Below are positions 35,488 through 46,419 of a DNA stretch of 64,000 nucleotides, piece by piece. The stretch is from an uncultured Gammaproteobacteria bacterium. GTDB taxonomy: Bacteria; Patescibacteriota; Microgenomatia; UBA10105; UBA927. Within the stretch, counting starts at the first letter, position 1. Every line of letters begins with the position of its first letter. Below the pieces are notes generated by a model. That model was given only the letters and a program-made list of their open reading frames with translations. It did not search any database and had not been told where the DNA came from. The stretch covers positions 140,142-204,141 of the forward strand of contig CAYUZE010000001.1 in the NCBI GenBank assembly GCA_964449585.1, in the 5' to 3' direction. Position numbers and translations under genes: made by a program.

Positions 35488-37011
35488 TTAAATCGCCTCA
35501 TAAAAATTCGAGCAAAATTCTTCAATGTCTTTTATTGTCGCGGGTGTAAGCTGAAAGATTTGATAAAATTTTTTATCGAGCTTTGCCTGTATTGCAGAAA
35601 AATCGAAACCGGGTCTGGTGCGAAGGTTCTTCACGAGTGCCGCTACCGTCAAGGCAATTTTTTTCTTTTCTGCGGCGGGAGGCTCCTGATAAGGAAGGAG
35701 CCGAAGATAGTTTGCCGAAATATGATTCGTTCTGATAAGAACTTTGCGAGAAAAATACCAAGCAAGTTTTGTGTTTAACAGTCCGAGGGTATAAAAAAGA
35801 GTTTCTCGGTCGCGGAAAAAAAAGTTTGCATTTACCCCGAAAAGACAGTTTTTCGGAAGATATGCGGCGGAAAATCTGACACCGACGGATGAACAGGTAA
35901 TTCCTTCCTTAAAAAAGAATTTTTCGTTGCGGACGAGGTAATTCGCTACGGTTCTTTGATACTTTTCATAATTTCTTTCGATAAAAAATTCCGGTTGATA
36001 GTAGTACGCCCTGCGTGCACCGTTCTTAAAATATGGAACCCACTGTTTGTTATTTTGCACCTCCTCACGGCGCCTAAGAAACCGTTTATCGTTTCCGGTT
36101 GATATCCCCGTTCCTCCCATGACAATATCGCCGAGACGGGCAGACGGATGAAGGTACATGTCCCGTATCTGCGGGGACACACCGATCAAAAACGCCCCGT
36201 TAGGATAATGGGTGAATTCATCCTGTTTAATATACTCAACGCGTTGCGGATGCAGGTAATCATCTTCGGTATGTACCCGATCGACAAGTCTTATCGGAGG
36301 CATTGATGTGCGCTTCGAAGAAATGGTCTCTCCTTCCATTTTTTTAGTTGCGGTAAGAATACAGGTGCGAACATCAGCAGATCTTCCGTGAAACAGTTTC
36401 CATGGAGCCAACAGCAATTCATGCATCTGTGTATTTCGTAAGAGAAACAGTCGAAAACTTTTATAATAACTGTTCGTAAGAAATGAATCGGAAAGAATCA
36501 TTGAAAAAATTCCGTTTTCCCGTAATGCATTGATTGCCCTGTAGGCAATCATGCTGTACGTGTTTTTTGCATCTATTTCCTTAAATTGTTCTTTTAGCCG
36601 TTTTCTGTTTTCCCGAACATAGTGTGATTCATCGCCGTTATAGGGGGGATTACCGACAATAAAATCGTAGGTTTCGGGAAACGGGTAGGTTGCGTCAAAT
36701 ACCCGAACATTTGGAAATTTTTTTCGGAGGGCATCCACTTTTTGTTCATCAATATCAAATCCGTATAAATCGTCGCGAGAAATTCCCGCCTGATGAAGTG
36801 CCGAAAGAAATATACCGTCACCGACGGCAGGGTCAAGGATCTTCATGCCCTTTCGGTATGAGGAGAGAACGTTATTGCAGATATACTCGACCGTTTTCAG
36901 CGGTGTTTCGTAAAATCCGTTGACCCGGTCTTTTCCTAACTGTTCTTGGGTAAATATCCGCGGCATCGTATGGTACTTTCGGAGTGTACCCTTGAGGAAG
37001 AAGCGAAACAA
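35488..37011 (-). CDS. N6-adenine DNA methyltransferase (Eco57I/TaqI-like, gamma class) with a C-terminal target-recognition domain; no partner nuclease seen
   Basis: Motif I ILDPAVGDGIFL, motif IV VGNPPY; about 250-aa C-terminal domain. Confidence 0.75.
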   Translation of the reverse strand: MFRFFLKGTLRKYHTMPRIFTQEQLGKDRVNGFYETPLKTVEYICNNVLSSYRKGMKILDPAVGDGIFLSALHQAGISRDDLYGFDIDEQKVDALRKKFPNVRVFDATYPFPETYDFIVGNPPYNGDESHYVRENRKRLKEQFKEIDAKNTYSMIAYRAINALRENGIFSMILSDSFLTNSYYKSFRLFLLRNTQMHELLLAPWKLFHGRSADVRTCILTATKKMEGETISSKRTSMPPIRLVDRVHTEDDYLHPQRVEYIKQDEFTHYPNGAFLIGVSPQIRDMYLHPSARLGDIVMGGTGISTGNDKRFLRRREEVQNNKQWVPYFKNGARRAYYYQPEFFIERNYEKYQRTVANYLVRNEKFFFKEGITCSSVGVRFSAAYLPKNCLFGVNANFFFRDRETLFYTLGLLNTKLAWYFSRKVLIRTNHISANYLRLLPYQEPPAAEKKKIALTVAALVKNLRTRPGFDFSAIQAKLDKKFYQIFQLTPATIKDIEEFCSNFYEAI

Positions 37012-37038
37012 GAGGCGAGTGTTGGGAGAGCAACAGGG

Positions 37039-37641
37039 TTAACAGCCGAATTCTCCCTCGGTGCAGGGAGCGATAAGAGGGGCGGGAGCGTTCTTTTCTG
37101 TTTCCGAAGAGCTGACAAGGTATGCTTTGCCTTTTTCAGGATCTTCTCCCGGGTTCCATAGCCCCCAGTAGTATTTCCATTCGCTCCATCCAATGCCGAG
37201 TTCTTTTACATAAATACCGTTTTGGGCAAGCACTTCCCCTGTCTGACGTCCCAACATGCAGACCATACTGTAACAATGTACGATTATTTCCTTATCTTTG
37301 GGAAGTTTTTTGAAGGCGGCGATTATTTGTTCCTTGGACATGGAAACTGCGGGAATATTCACCGCCCCTACGATATGTTCCTTGTCATATTCGCCTTTGC
37401 TTCGTAAATCCACCAACAGAAATGACGGATCTTTTGCATCCATACGCTTCCGCAACGTGGATGGACTGACAAGCACGCTTGTTTCCGTTTCATAGTGATC
37501 CCGAATGCGGGATTCATCGCTGAGGAACCGGGGGACAATCAACTGCACAAGCATTGCGCCAATGATTCCGAAGAGCAATGAAAGCACGATGACAGGAAGG
37601 ACGGGGAGGCGGGACTGTAAAAATTTTCGTACGGTATGCAT
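37039..37641 (-). CDS. Membrane-anchored rhodanese-domain sulfurtransferase
   Basis: N-terminal TM; rhodanese active-site loop IIVHCYSMVCMLG. Confidence 0.65.
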   Translation of the reverse strand: MHTVRKFLQSRLPVLPVIVLSLLFGIIGAMLVQLIVPRFLSDESRIRDHYETETSVLVSPSTLRKRMDAKDPSFLLVDLRSKGEYDKEHIVGAVNIPAVSMSKEQIIAAFKKLPKDKEIIVHCYSMVCMLGRQTGEVLAQNGIYVKELGIGWSEWKYYWGLWNPGEDPEKGKAYLVSSSETEKNAPAPLIAPCTEGEFGC

Positions 37642-37739
37642 CGGTAGAAAAATAATAGCATATCCCTGAAGTATTTTGTATGGTAACTAACAATATAGTG
37701 TTGCTACCCCGCATGGGACTTCCGTGAGATACTACCCGT

Positions 37740-39257
37740 ATGGGGAAAATAATCCGGGTTCTCTCGCTTATTCTCTTCTGCGGGTATCTTTTTCTGGGGT
37801 TTCGGATATTTCCCGGGTACGGAGTGCCCATCGATGAGTACTCCCAAATTGATCTTGGGAGAGTGAACTACGAGCGTATTGTCTCAGGAAGTCTCGAAAT
37901 TCAGACGCATTATGACCGGCATTACGGACCTGCATTTGAAGTTCCGTTGTATGTTGTGAGTCAATTCGTTTCCCAAAAGACGGGTGCGGACGTCATCGCC
38001 GTTCGTCATCTGAGTGTTTTTCTTTTTTTTGCAGTTTCCGTAGCTTGTTTTTATCTCTTTTTGGAACGGATTTTTAAGCATGCATGGTACGGATTAGCTG
38101 GCTCATTGCTTTTGGCGCTTTATCCGCGATTTTTTGCGGAGAGCTTCTATAACTCAAAGGATATGACCTTTGTAGGCGTCACTGTTGTCAGTCTTTTTTT
38201 GCTTTCCCGCTATAACGGACGGAAGATTATTCCGTTATTGGTTGTCGGTATTGCCACGGGCATCGGCATTGCCGTAAGGGTGCAGGGATTGTTGCTTCTG
38301 GGTATATATGTCATCGCAATAGCAGGTTGGGGAGCTGATACGTTAAAGCGCCGGGTAGTTCATGCCGCCGCCTTTTTGGCCACAGGAGTTGGTGTTGCCT
38401 GGGCGAGCTTTCCACTGTTTTGGGACAATTTTTTTGAGAATCTTATCGGATTTTGGCGCGTTTCGGCAAATCAGATAGGGGTGGCAACGTACTATTTTGG
38501 GAAATTTTATACTAGCCCCGATTTACCATGGCACTATCATTTTGTCTGGATAGGGGTATCCGCAATGCTATCTGTGGTGGCGCTTTCGCTCATCGGTGTC
38601 GGTATGTTTTTCCATCAGCTTACCGCACACAAAAAACAAAACATTTTTCTATTTCTTTGTCTTTTTGGCATTATTGCGGGAACGCTCGCTACTTGTGTGT
38701 TTATGCGTCCCCGTTCCTATGACGGATGGCGACATATTTATTACGTATACCCCGCACTTATCACCTTTGCACTTTTTTCCATACAACGGCTCCTGACAAA
38801 CAAAAAACGCCAACGTATTTTTGTCGCCCGGGTATTTATTGTGTTGCTGCTTGTTGATCTGGTGGGGGCTGCAGTGTTTTTGCTGAAAAACCACCCGCGG
38901 CAATACGTCTATTTTAATATTCTTGCCGGAGGATATCTTCATGCGAAATCGCAATTTGATTTTGATTATTGGGGGATATCACTTAAAGAAACGCATGCGT
39001 ATCTTACCGAGATTGCTTCCCAAAAACGGTACCGTATTTTTTTTGATCAACGCTTGCCGTACACGGAAAACAGTATAATACCTTCGCTTATACCAAAAGG
39101 TTCGGTTGTCACAGATAACCCTGATGACGCGGACATATATGTTGCCGTGTTTCGCGATAAAAAAGCACCGCCGCCAAGGGAGCGGTTTGAGAAGGTGTAC
39201 GCGGTGACCGTTGAAGGTGCGGATTTGTCAGCGGTATATGCAAGAAAAAAACCATAG
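37740..39257 (+). CDS. GT-C fold membrane glycosyltransferase (ArnT/PMT-like), 505 aa
   Basis: About 11 TM helices; DE motif in the first loop (PIDEYSQ). Confidence 0.6.
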   Translation: MGKIIRVLSLILFCGYLFLGFRIFPGYGVPIDEYSQIDLGRVNYERIVSGSLEIQTHYDRHYGPAFEVPLYVVSQFVSQKTGADVIAVRHLSVFLFFAVSVACFYLFLERIFKHAWYGLAGSLLLALYPRFFAESFYNSKDMTFVGVTVVSLFLLSRYNGRKIIPLLVVGIATGIGIAVRVQGLLLLGIYVIAIAGWGADTLKRRVVHAAAFLATGVGVAWASFPLFWDNFFENLIGFWRVSANQIGVATYYFGKFYTSPDLPWHYHFVWIGVSAMLSVVALSLIGVGMFFHQLTAHKKQNIFLFLCLFGIIAGTLATCVFMRPRSYDGWRHIYYVYPALITFALFSIQRLLTNKKRQRIFVARVFIVLLLVDLVGAAVFLLKNHPRQYVYFNILAGGYLHAKSQFDFDYWGISLKETHAYLTEIASQKRYRIFFDQRLPYTENSIIPSLIPKGSVVTDNPDDADIYVAVFRDKKAPPPRERFEKVYAVTVEGADLSAVYARKKP

Positions 39258-39267
39258 AAATCACGCT

Positions 39268-39960
39268 ATGTCAGAGCTCACAAAACTGCTGGTCCGCATT
39301 TATGACGATCCTGCATTCCGCGGAGCCATCGCTCCCGATATTTTCCCCATGGCAATTTCAAAAAAACAAGGGATATTCGTTACCGATCTCATCAATACGT
39401 ATGCTCCCAGAGTCTTCGTCGAACTTGGGTTTCGGTATGGCATCTCATCGTTATGGATTCAGAGCGCTGCCCGAAAACCGGCACGGCATATCATTATTGA
39501 TCCGTATCACCACATTCCGTATCCGCCTCGCAAGAAAACCATTGATACTCTTATTAAAAAACAATCCGGCGTGACACTGGAAGAACAAAAAAACAGTCAG
39601 GAAAAGTTGGCGGAATTATCGTATGACGGTATCAATGTGGATATGGCGTTTGTCGATGCCAGCCAATGGTTCGACAGCGTCATCACCGATATGTACTTTC
39701 TGACGAGAATTCTCAGAAAAAACGGGATTATCATTATCCGTAATATTTGGAGTAAGCCAGTACGGAAAGCGGTACTGTATTATCTCAAAAATCTTCCCTA
39801 TACCATAGTGGGCTGTGCCCCCTGGCAGGAATGGGTGATACGGCATGTTCCCATGATCGGAGAATTACTGCTTCGCGTGTTGGTGCGCCCCATAGATTTA
39901 TGCGTGTTACAGCTAACGGAAAAAGATAACCGCACCTGGGATCATTATGTCCCATTTTAA
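39268..39960 (+). CDS. Class I SAM-dependent methyltransferase (O-methyltransferase family 3-like)
   Basis: VELGFRYGISSLW (motif I-like) and VDMAFVDASQWFDSVITDMYFLTRILRKNGIIII; start set at Met 39268 (track ORF 39211 overlaps the upstream gene). Confidence 0.5.
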   Translation: MSELTKLLVRIYDDPAFRGAIAPDIFPMAISKKQGIFVTDLINTYAPRVFVELGFRYGISSLWIQSAARKPARHIIIDPYHHIPYPPRKKTIDTLIKKQSGVTLEEQKNSQEKLAELSYDGINVDMAFVDASQWFDSVITDMYFLTRILRKNGIIIIRNIWSKPVRKAVLYYLKNLPYTIVGCAPWQEWVIRHVPMIGELLLRVLVRPIDLCVLQLTEKDNRTWDHYVPF

Positions 39961-39962
39961 TC

Positions 39963-40433
39963 ATGATCACCTGTTTATTTGAAAACGGACACGAAGCGCA
40001 CTTACGGCATGTCGTCGTGCATGCCATTGTCGAAAAGGACGGAGCGTTACTGCTGGTAAAGCGTGCCCCGAATCTTTTGGAGGGAGGAAAGTGGTCGCTT
40101 CCTTCGGGTTTTCTTGACCGAGACGAAACCGCGGCGGAAGGGACACTTCGCGAGTTATATGAAGAAACCGGTTGGCGGGGAGCGGTATCCTCTCTGTTTC
40201 TCATAAAAACATCCCCGCATCGTCCGCAGGAAGACCGGCAAAACGTTGCATTCCACTTTGTCGTTACGCCGACAAAAAAAACCGGAAAAGGGGATGCCGA
40301 GTCATCGGCAGTCGCATGGTTTCCCATCGAAGCCTTACCTTCTCTTACCGCACTGGCGTTTGATCATGGAGAAGCGGTTGCCGCCTATCTCCGTTTTCGA
40401 AATACGGCGTTTCCGCTCCCTCTTATTCTCTAA
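39963..40433 (+). CDS. NUDIX hydrolase
   Basis: Nudix box GFLDRDETAAEGTLRELYEETGW (GX5EX7REUXEEXGU). Confidence 0.7.
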   Translation: MITCLFENGHEAHLRHVVVHAIVEKDGALLLVKRAPNLLEGGKWSLPSGFLDRDETAAEGTLRELYEETGWRGAVSSLFLIKTSPHRPQEDRQNVAFHFVVTPTKKTGKGDAESSAVAWFPIEALPSLTALAFDHGEAVAAYLRFRNTAFPLPLIL

Positions 40434-40478
40434 AAAAATACGGATGATCCGGAACATCCCCATTAGAATTCCGACGGC

Positions 40479-42281
40479 ATGTATGGTATTCTGCGCAGGC
40501 TTATGTCCGATATTGATGAAATCAAATCAAGACTGAATATCGTCGATATCATCGGCGAGCGGGTAACACTGAAAAAAGCGGGACGAAACCTCAAGGGACT
40601 CTGTCCCTTTCATAACGAAAAAACTCCTTCATTTACCGTAAGCCCCGACAGACAGACATTTCATTGCTTCGGTTGCGGGAAAGGCGGCAGTGTTTTTGAT
40701 TTTGTGATGTTAATTGAGCATGTGGATTTTGCCGAGGCTCTGGAAACCCTTGCCGACAAAGCGGGGGTAACCTTGGAGCGGCGTCCCGCCGATACGCCGG
40801 AAGCAAAAATCAAACAAAAAATTCTTGAGGCAAACCATTTGGCGAGCGAATACTATCACTATCTGCTGACGCAACATGCGGTGGGAGAACACGCCAGAGC
40901 ATATCTGAAACACCGGGGAGTGACCGATAAATCAATGAAGACGTTCTCAATCGGCTATAGCCCCAATACCTGGGACAGCGTAGGATCGTTCTTACGAAAA
41001 AAAGGCTATGATGATCGTCTGCTGGAGACTGCGGGTTTGGTGATACGGGGAACCCGGGGCTATTATGACCGGTTTCGGGGGCGGGTGATGTTTGCCCTCA
41101 AAGATCATCGGGGGAACGTGGTGGGATTTTCCGGACGGGTGCTGGATCCCGAAGCAAAAGAGGCAAAGTACATCAACACATCGGAGACTCCCGTCTATGT
41201 CAAAGGAAAAATGCTGTATGGACTTGATGTCACCAAGGATTCGATTCAAAAAAATAACGAGGCGATTGTCATGGAGGGAGAATTGGACGTCATTTCTTCA
41301 TTTCAGGAAGGGATTTCGAATGTTGTTGCCATTAAAGGCTCCGCGGTGACCGAAGACCATGTACGATTGTTGCGGCGTTTTGCCGAACGGCTTATTTTTG
41401 CGCTTGATAGCGATCTTGCGGGAGATGCAGCGGCAAGAAGAGGCATTGAAATTGCGGAAAAATCAGGCTTTGATATGCGGGTTGCGGCCATGCCGCTGGG
41501 GAAAGATCCCGATGAAGCCGCCCGAGAAAACCCGCTTCTTCTCAAGAAAGCGTTAAAGGAAGCGGTTCCTATCTATGATTACTTCCTTTCTTCGGCGCTC
41601 AAACGGAATGATCCAGAAACCGCATTCGGCAAACGAAAAATATCCGAGGAATTTATGCCCACATTGTTAAAGATCGACAATCCGATCGTGCAGGGTCATT
41701 ATATACGGAAACTTTCAGCCGCTCTTGCAACCTCCGATGAAACGGTACGGGAAGGTATGGCAAAAATACGAATCAGCGGCAGTCTCCGGGGGAAGGAGAA
41801 AGAAAATCTTACGGAAGCGCCCCGGCTCACGCGGGTGGAAAAGGCCGAGTTGTATGTACTGGCGCTCCTGCTCCAGGGAAAAACGAGCGAACTGCTCCCG
41901 AAGTTTCTTGCCGCATTGCCTCCTTCGGCGTTTCGTTCGCTTGCGGTGAAACGGATTGTCGAGCATCTTGCCCAATTTGGAGCCACGCACGCGATGTTTG
42001 CATCGAAAGATGTAGCGGAAACGTTACCTTCGGAACTAGTACCGGTTTTTGATGAGGCGTTTATGTGGGATATCGCTCTTATCATCGATGATGAAACGCG
42101 ATTTGATGCCGAGTGGCACAAAGCGATTTCCGAGGTGCGCCGGGCGCAGGTGAGGCAACACATGGAAGAAATAAGTAAAAAACTCCGTGATGAACAACTC
42201 TCTTCTTCGCAACATGACGCGCTGCAATCCGAGCTCAAGGGGTTGGTGGACGAATTTGCCGCTCTGGAAAAAGGCGCGTAA
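40479..42281 (+). CDS. dnaG: DNA primase DnaG
   Basis: CHC2 zinc finger CPFHNEKTPSFTVSPDRQTFHCFGCGKGG; TOPRIM region EGELDVIS...DSDLAGDAAA; 600 aa. Confidence 0.85.
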   Translation: MYGILRRLMSDIDEIKSRLNIVDIIGERVTLKKAGRNLKGLCPFHNEKTPSFTVSPDRQTFHCFGCGKGGSVFDFVMLIEHVDFAEALETLADKAGVTLERRPADTPEAKIKQKILEANHLASEYYHYLLTQHAVGEHARAYLKHRGVTDKSMKTFSIGYSPNTWDSVGSFLRKKGYDDRLLETAGLVIRGTRGYYDRFRGRVMFALKDHRGNVVGFSGRVLDPEAKEAKYINTSETPVYVKGKMLYGLDVTKDSIQKNNEAIVMEGELDVISSFQEGISNVVAIKGSAVTEDHVRLLRRFAERLIFALDSDLAGDAAARRGIEIAEKSGFDMRVAAMPLGKDPDEAARENPLLLKKALKEAVPIYDYFLSSALKRNDPETAFGKRKISEEFMPTLLKIDNPIVQGHYIRKLSAALATSDETVREGMAKIRISGSLRGKEKENLTEAPRLTRVEKAELYVLALLLQGKTSELLPKFLAALPPSAFRSLAVKRIVEHLAQFGATHAMFASKDVAETLPSELVPVFDEAFMWDIALIIDDETRFDAEWHKAISEVRRAQVRQHMEEISKKLRDEQLSSSQHDALQSELKGLVDEFAALEKGA

Positions 42282-42348
42282 ATACGTTATAATGCCTGAT
42301 AAGCGAAGCTTGAATGAGTAAGGTGCTCATTGGCTCTCGGAGGTATCC

Positions 42349-43437
42349 ATGCAAAAATCTAAAGCCACTGGTTCCAGTGATAATCTCATAAAGCAAGGCA
42401 AATCCAACGGATTTGTCACCCAAGATGACATCTTGGCGCTATTCCCCAAACCCGAAGACAAAATTACCGATCTTGATCATTTATATGATCAGCTGATTCG
42501 TGCCGGCGTCGATGTTTTTGAGACCACGAGTGCCGATATCGAACAGGAAGCAAGAAAGAGTATCGCCGATCTTGAAAAAGAAATCGAAGCGCTGGTGCGA
42601 GCTTCCGACGAGGGAATTTCCGATCCCGTACGCATGTATTTAAAAGAAATCGGCCGTATTCCGCTTCTGACGTTTGCCGATGAAATGAGTCTTGCCAAAC
42701 GGTATGAAAAGGGAGATAGGAAAGCAAAAAAGAAGCTTATCGAAAGTAATCTTCGCCTTGTGGTTTCTATCGCCAAGAAATATATCGGTCGGGGGATGAG
42801 TCTTTTGGATCTTATCCAAGAGGGGAATCAGGGGCTTATCCGTGCCGTCGAAAAATACGACTGGCGCAAGGGATTTAAATTCTCGACATATGCGACCTGG
42901 TGGATCAGGCAGGCGATAACCCGTGCCATCGCGGATCAGGCGCGTACCATCCGCATTCCCGTCCATATGGTGGAGACGATTAACCGTTTTGCCCGAATAA
43001 GCAGGCGACTGATGCAGGATCTCGGACGGGAACCGACTCCGGAAGAAATAGCAAAGGCAATGGAAGTCGATGTGGTGAAAGTTCGCGAGATTATGAAGGT
43101 ATCCCAAGAACCCACCAGCTTGGAAACGCCGGTCGGAGACGAAGAGGATTCGCATTTGGGTGATTTTATTTCCGATCCCGGTCCGACACCGTATGATCAG
43201 ACCTCTCGACAGCTTCTGAAGGAGCACATGGAAGAAGTGCTTGCCACGCTATCCGATCGTGAGAAAAAAGTTCTCATCCTCCGCTTCGGTCTCGAGGACG
43301 GCAGACCGCGAACGCTCGAAGAAGTGGGTGCACAATTCGGGGTCACCCGCGAGCGCATCCGGCAAATTGAAGCAAAGGCACTGAGAAAACTTCGTCACCC
43401 CTCACGCTCAAAGAAGCTTAAAGATTATTTGGAATAA
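42349..43437 (+). CDS. rpoD: RNA polymerase sigma-70 factor RpoD (compact, 362 aa)
   Basis: Region 1.2 [16 protein letters not shown]; region 2 [36 protein letters not shown]; region 4 [28 protein letters not shown]. Confidence 0.9.
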   Translation: MQKSKATGSSDNLIKQGKSNGFVTQDDILALFPKPEDKITDLDHLYDQLIRAGVDVFETTSADIEQEARKSIADLEKEIEALVRASDEGISDPVRMYLKEIGRIPLLTFADEMSLAKRYEKGDRKAKKKLIESNLRLVVSIAKKYIGRGMSLLDLIQEGNQGLIRAVEKYDWRKGFKFSTYATWWIRQAITRAIADQARTIRIPVHMVETINRFARISRRLMQDLGREPTPEEIAKAMEVDVVKVREIMKVSQEPTSLETPVGDEEDSHLGDFISDPGPTPYDQTSRQLLKEHMEEVLATLSDREKKVLILRFGLEDGRPRTLEEVGAQFGVTRERIRQIEAKALRKLRHPSRSKKLKDYLE

Positions 43438-43446
43438 GCACTTCCT

Positions 43447-44235
43447 ATGGAGCAGGAGACAATGTCCGCTTCCGTCATGCCCGAACCGCATCAACGAAGA
43501 TTTCATCCCACGGATTTTTTGTTCGGAATACTTCTTGGCGCGCTTATCGGAGGGGGGGCGGTATATATCTGGCAACAGCGGGTGTGGCAACCTACGGTAA
43601 ACGCTCTTAAAAAAGAGTACGCGGCGCTCAACGAGTCGTATCTTTCTTATACTCCGCCGACTCATCCCGTACCCGCCACGGAAAGCGGGGTGGCTTCATA
43701 CGGCAACGGAGAACAGGTGAAGACGGGGAACGAGGAGTTTTCAAGAAAAAGCGTCGGATTTTCCCTGCCGGCATTGGTCGGGCAAACGCTTGATGTCACG
43801 GTATTTTCATTTAAGGGGAAAACCATCACCAACCTGCGCTCGGACGTGCTCGTTTCGGAATCCGAAGCGGGCATTGACGTCTGGCGTTATGATAACGCCG
43901 CAGAAGCAAAAGATATTCCCGACGATTTTGTGACGTTTTACGGGTATGAGAATTATGCGCTTTTTGCATCACCCGTCGCAGTGACGATGAATGATTCGGA
44001 TGATACGTATACGACGGCAGACGGAACTATATGGAAGTATCAATATGAATATGCGCCAAGAAGTATCGGGGTGGTTTCGTTGATTACCTATGTGCAACCG
44101 CAAAAAAACAATTCCGGAAAGCCGCTTTTTATCAGAGTATGGCAAGCAGTAGGGCTCGGACACCAAAAGAACGATCCGGAAATTTCAAAGGCAAAAATTA
44201 CCCTTGCCAAGCTTGTTGACGCGATCGAATTCTAG
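43447..44235 (+). CDS. Hypothetical membrane-anchored protein (262 aa)
   Basis: N-terminal TM LFGILLGALIGGGAVYIW; ORF. Confidence 0.4.
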   Translation: MEQETMSASVMPEPHQRRFHPTDFLFGILLGALIGGGAVYIWQQRVWQPTVNALKKEYAALNESYLSYTPPTHPVPATESGVASYGNGEQVKTGNEEFSRKSVGFSLPALVGQTLDVTVFSFKGKTITNLRSDVLVSESEAGIDVWRYDNAAEAKDIPDDFVTFYGYENYALFASPVAVTMNDSDDTYTTADGTIWKYQYEYAPRSIGVVSLITYVQPQKNNSGKPLFIRVWQAVGLGHQKNDPEISKAKITLAKLVDAIEF

Positions 44236-44247
44236 CGAACAGTTCCG

Positions 44248-44382
44248 TTACGGAAGAAAATATTTCACGGCATACATGAGGAGCGCAAATCCGACGACAA
44301 CGATAAACGCGACTCCAAACTGAATAATAACGCTGTCACTCGGATGGACTGACTTCTTGACTCGGGCAGATTTTGCTTTCAT
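44248..44382 (-). CDS. Unannotated 44-aa single-TM small protein MKAKSARVKKSVHPSDSVIIQFGVAFIVVVGFALLMYAVKYFLP
   Basis: Hand translation of the minus strand; strong SD AGAGGAGGAATAT before the ATG; cationic N-terminus plus one TM helix. Confidence 0.35.
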   Translation of the reverse strand: MKAKSARVKKSVHPSDSVIIQFGVAFIVVVGFALLMYAVKYFLP

Positions 44383-44516
44383 ATATTCCTCCTCTTTCTA
44401 TATATCTAGCATAGAAAGTATTTGGTATCTTTGTCAATTATGTATTCCCCGGCATTGTTTCGTCCTCAGGCATACTTTATGATAAAGAGAGTCCGCGAAT
44501 TTCGGGCGCCCTGCCT

Positions 44517-45939
44517 ATGGTTATTGCCGATGACGTTTTGCAAAAAATTCTTATAGATGCGCATGTCGTTACCAACGACGAAATGCGATCGGTTGCCGAT
44601 TTTGCAAAATCAGCTTCCATGCCGCTTTCCGACGCGCTGATCGATAAAAATATCCTCACCGACGGAAATTTAGGCAAACTTATCGCCGCACACCTGAAAG
44701 TGCCGTTCGTCAATCTTGCCGAAACCACCATCGCCGATGAGGTGTATCGCATCATTCCCGATAAATACGCAAAAACCCATAAAATAGTGCCTTTTTCCCG
44801 GGATGACAGCGGGTTAAAAGTCGCAACCGCAAATCCATTAAACACCCAGGTCTTTTCCGCGCTCGAGAAGAAAACGGGACAAAAAATCATCGTTCACTAT
44901 GCGACGGAGCACGATGTGCACAACGCCCTTCAGTTGCACCGGCGGGAACTACAGTCCGTTTTTACGGATATGGTTGCCCGATTCCGTCGTGAAGAGGACG
45001 TTCCTATTTCAAACATTGTTGATTTACTGCTGCATACCGCCGTTGATGAGACGGCTTCCGATATTCATATCGAACCGGGAGAGTCCGACTCGCTGGTGCG
45101 TTTTCGTATCGACGGTATTTTGCATGATGTGCTGCATTTCTCCAAAACCATGCATAGCCAAGTCGTGAGCAGAATTAAAGTGTTGGCAAATCTCCGCACC
45201 GACGAACACTCAGCGCCCCAGGATGGAAAAGTACGTATCAAACACGATGAACAGTCGGTGGATATCCGTATATCCATCATTCCAATGGTGGAAGGAGAAA
45301 AGGTGGTCATGCGACTTCTTGTTTCGCATTTTAAATTGTTTAGTTTTTCGGATTTGGGAATGGAGCAATCCGCAGTGGACAAAATCAATGCCGCGCTGCA
45401 CCGGTCCTACGGTATGATCCTTTCCACCGGACCGACAGGGAGCGGCAAGACGACATCGATCTATGCCATGCTCAAAATTCTTAATGTTCGCGACAAGAAC
45501 ATCACCACCATTGAAGATCCGGTGGAATATCGGATAAAAGGAGTAAACCAGATACAGGTGAATACAAAGACAAATCTTACCTTTGCCAGCGGGCTACGCT
45601 CCATTCTTCGGCAGGATCCCAATATAATTTTTGTCGGAGAAATACGCGATCCTGAGACTGCGGGCATCGCCATTAACGCAGCCCTTACCGGGCATTTAGT
45701 TGTATCTACGCTTCATACCAACGATGCCGCCACGTCACTGCCGCGATTGACGGACATGCATGTTGAACCGTTTTTGGTGGCTTCAAGCGTCAGTCTAATC
45801 GTCGCACAACGGTTGGTGAGAAAAATTTGTGACTATTGTCGCATCTCGTTTACCGTTACCGAAGCAGAATTACAAAAAAGCCTGCCGGCAAGCGTGATCA
45901 GCAAGCATTATATTCCCTTCGGCGTCAATAAAGAGATTC
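44517..45939 (+). pseudogene. pilB: Type IV pilus assembly ATPase PilB (GspE family), 5-prime portion, interrupted by an IS insertion after codon ...NKEIR
   Basis: N-terminal GSPII_E_N domain; Walker A LSTGPTGSGKTT; first CxxC (CDYC) of the C-terminal zinc motif; the reading frame runs into the IS terminal repeat and stops. Confidence 0.8.
45932..45939. repeat. 8-bp target-site duplication AGAGATTC, left copy
   Basis: Identical to 48402-48409 at the other end of the inserted element. Confidence 0.6.
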
Positions 45940-46038
45940 GGTGGTGCTCCCTTCAAGACACGTAATAAAGCAATCAACTACAATTTATTACTTAAAAAAT
46001 CATTTGAGAAAATTGGTAGAGAGAATTACGAAGATAAT

Positions 46039-46341
46039 TTACACGTCTTCTATGCGGGCATTTGATTTGCCTCTGGCTATTACACTTGGATCTACACCCA
46101 CGATACGTTTAAGTGTGTCAATAGCAGACTGAAACATACTTTCTGCTTGTGCAGAGGTCGGTGGATTTCCAGAAAAGTGTGCATAATTGCCAAAAGCTTT
46201 TGCGGCTTCTTCACCATATCTCTCAGAAAATGCCTCGGAATCAAACCCAGCCCCGGTTGTAGTTCTTCCGTCACTTTTTCTCCGCATACGAATCCAATAT
46301 CGAGAAAAGTCGTCCTGATCAGGAAGTTCATGATTTGTCAT
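46039..46341 (-). CDS. Hypothetical protein (100 aa), passenger gene inside the IS
   Basis: ORF only. Confidence 0.35.
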   Translation of the reverse strand: MTNHELPDQDDFSRYWIRMRRKSDGRTTTGAGFDSEAFSERYGEEAAKAFGNYAHFSGNPPTSAQAESMFQSAIDTLKRIVGVDPSVIARGKSNARIEDV

Positions 46342-46419
46342 GTTTGTAGTATATCATATAGTATCAAATTCTTAAAATTATACTAATGTAATCATGTTTT
46401 GGATTGTCCATACATGTAA

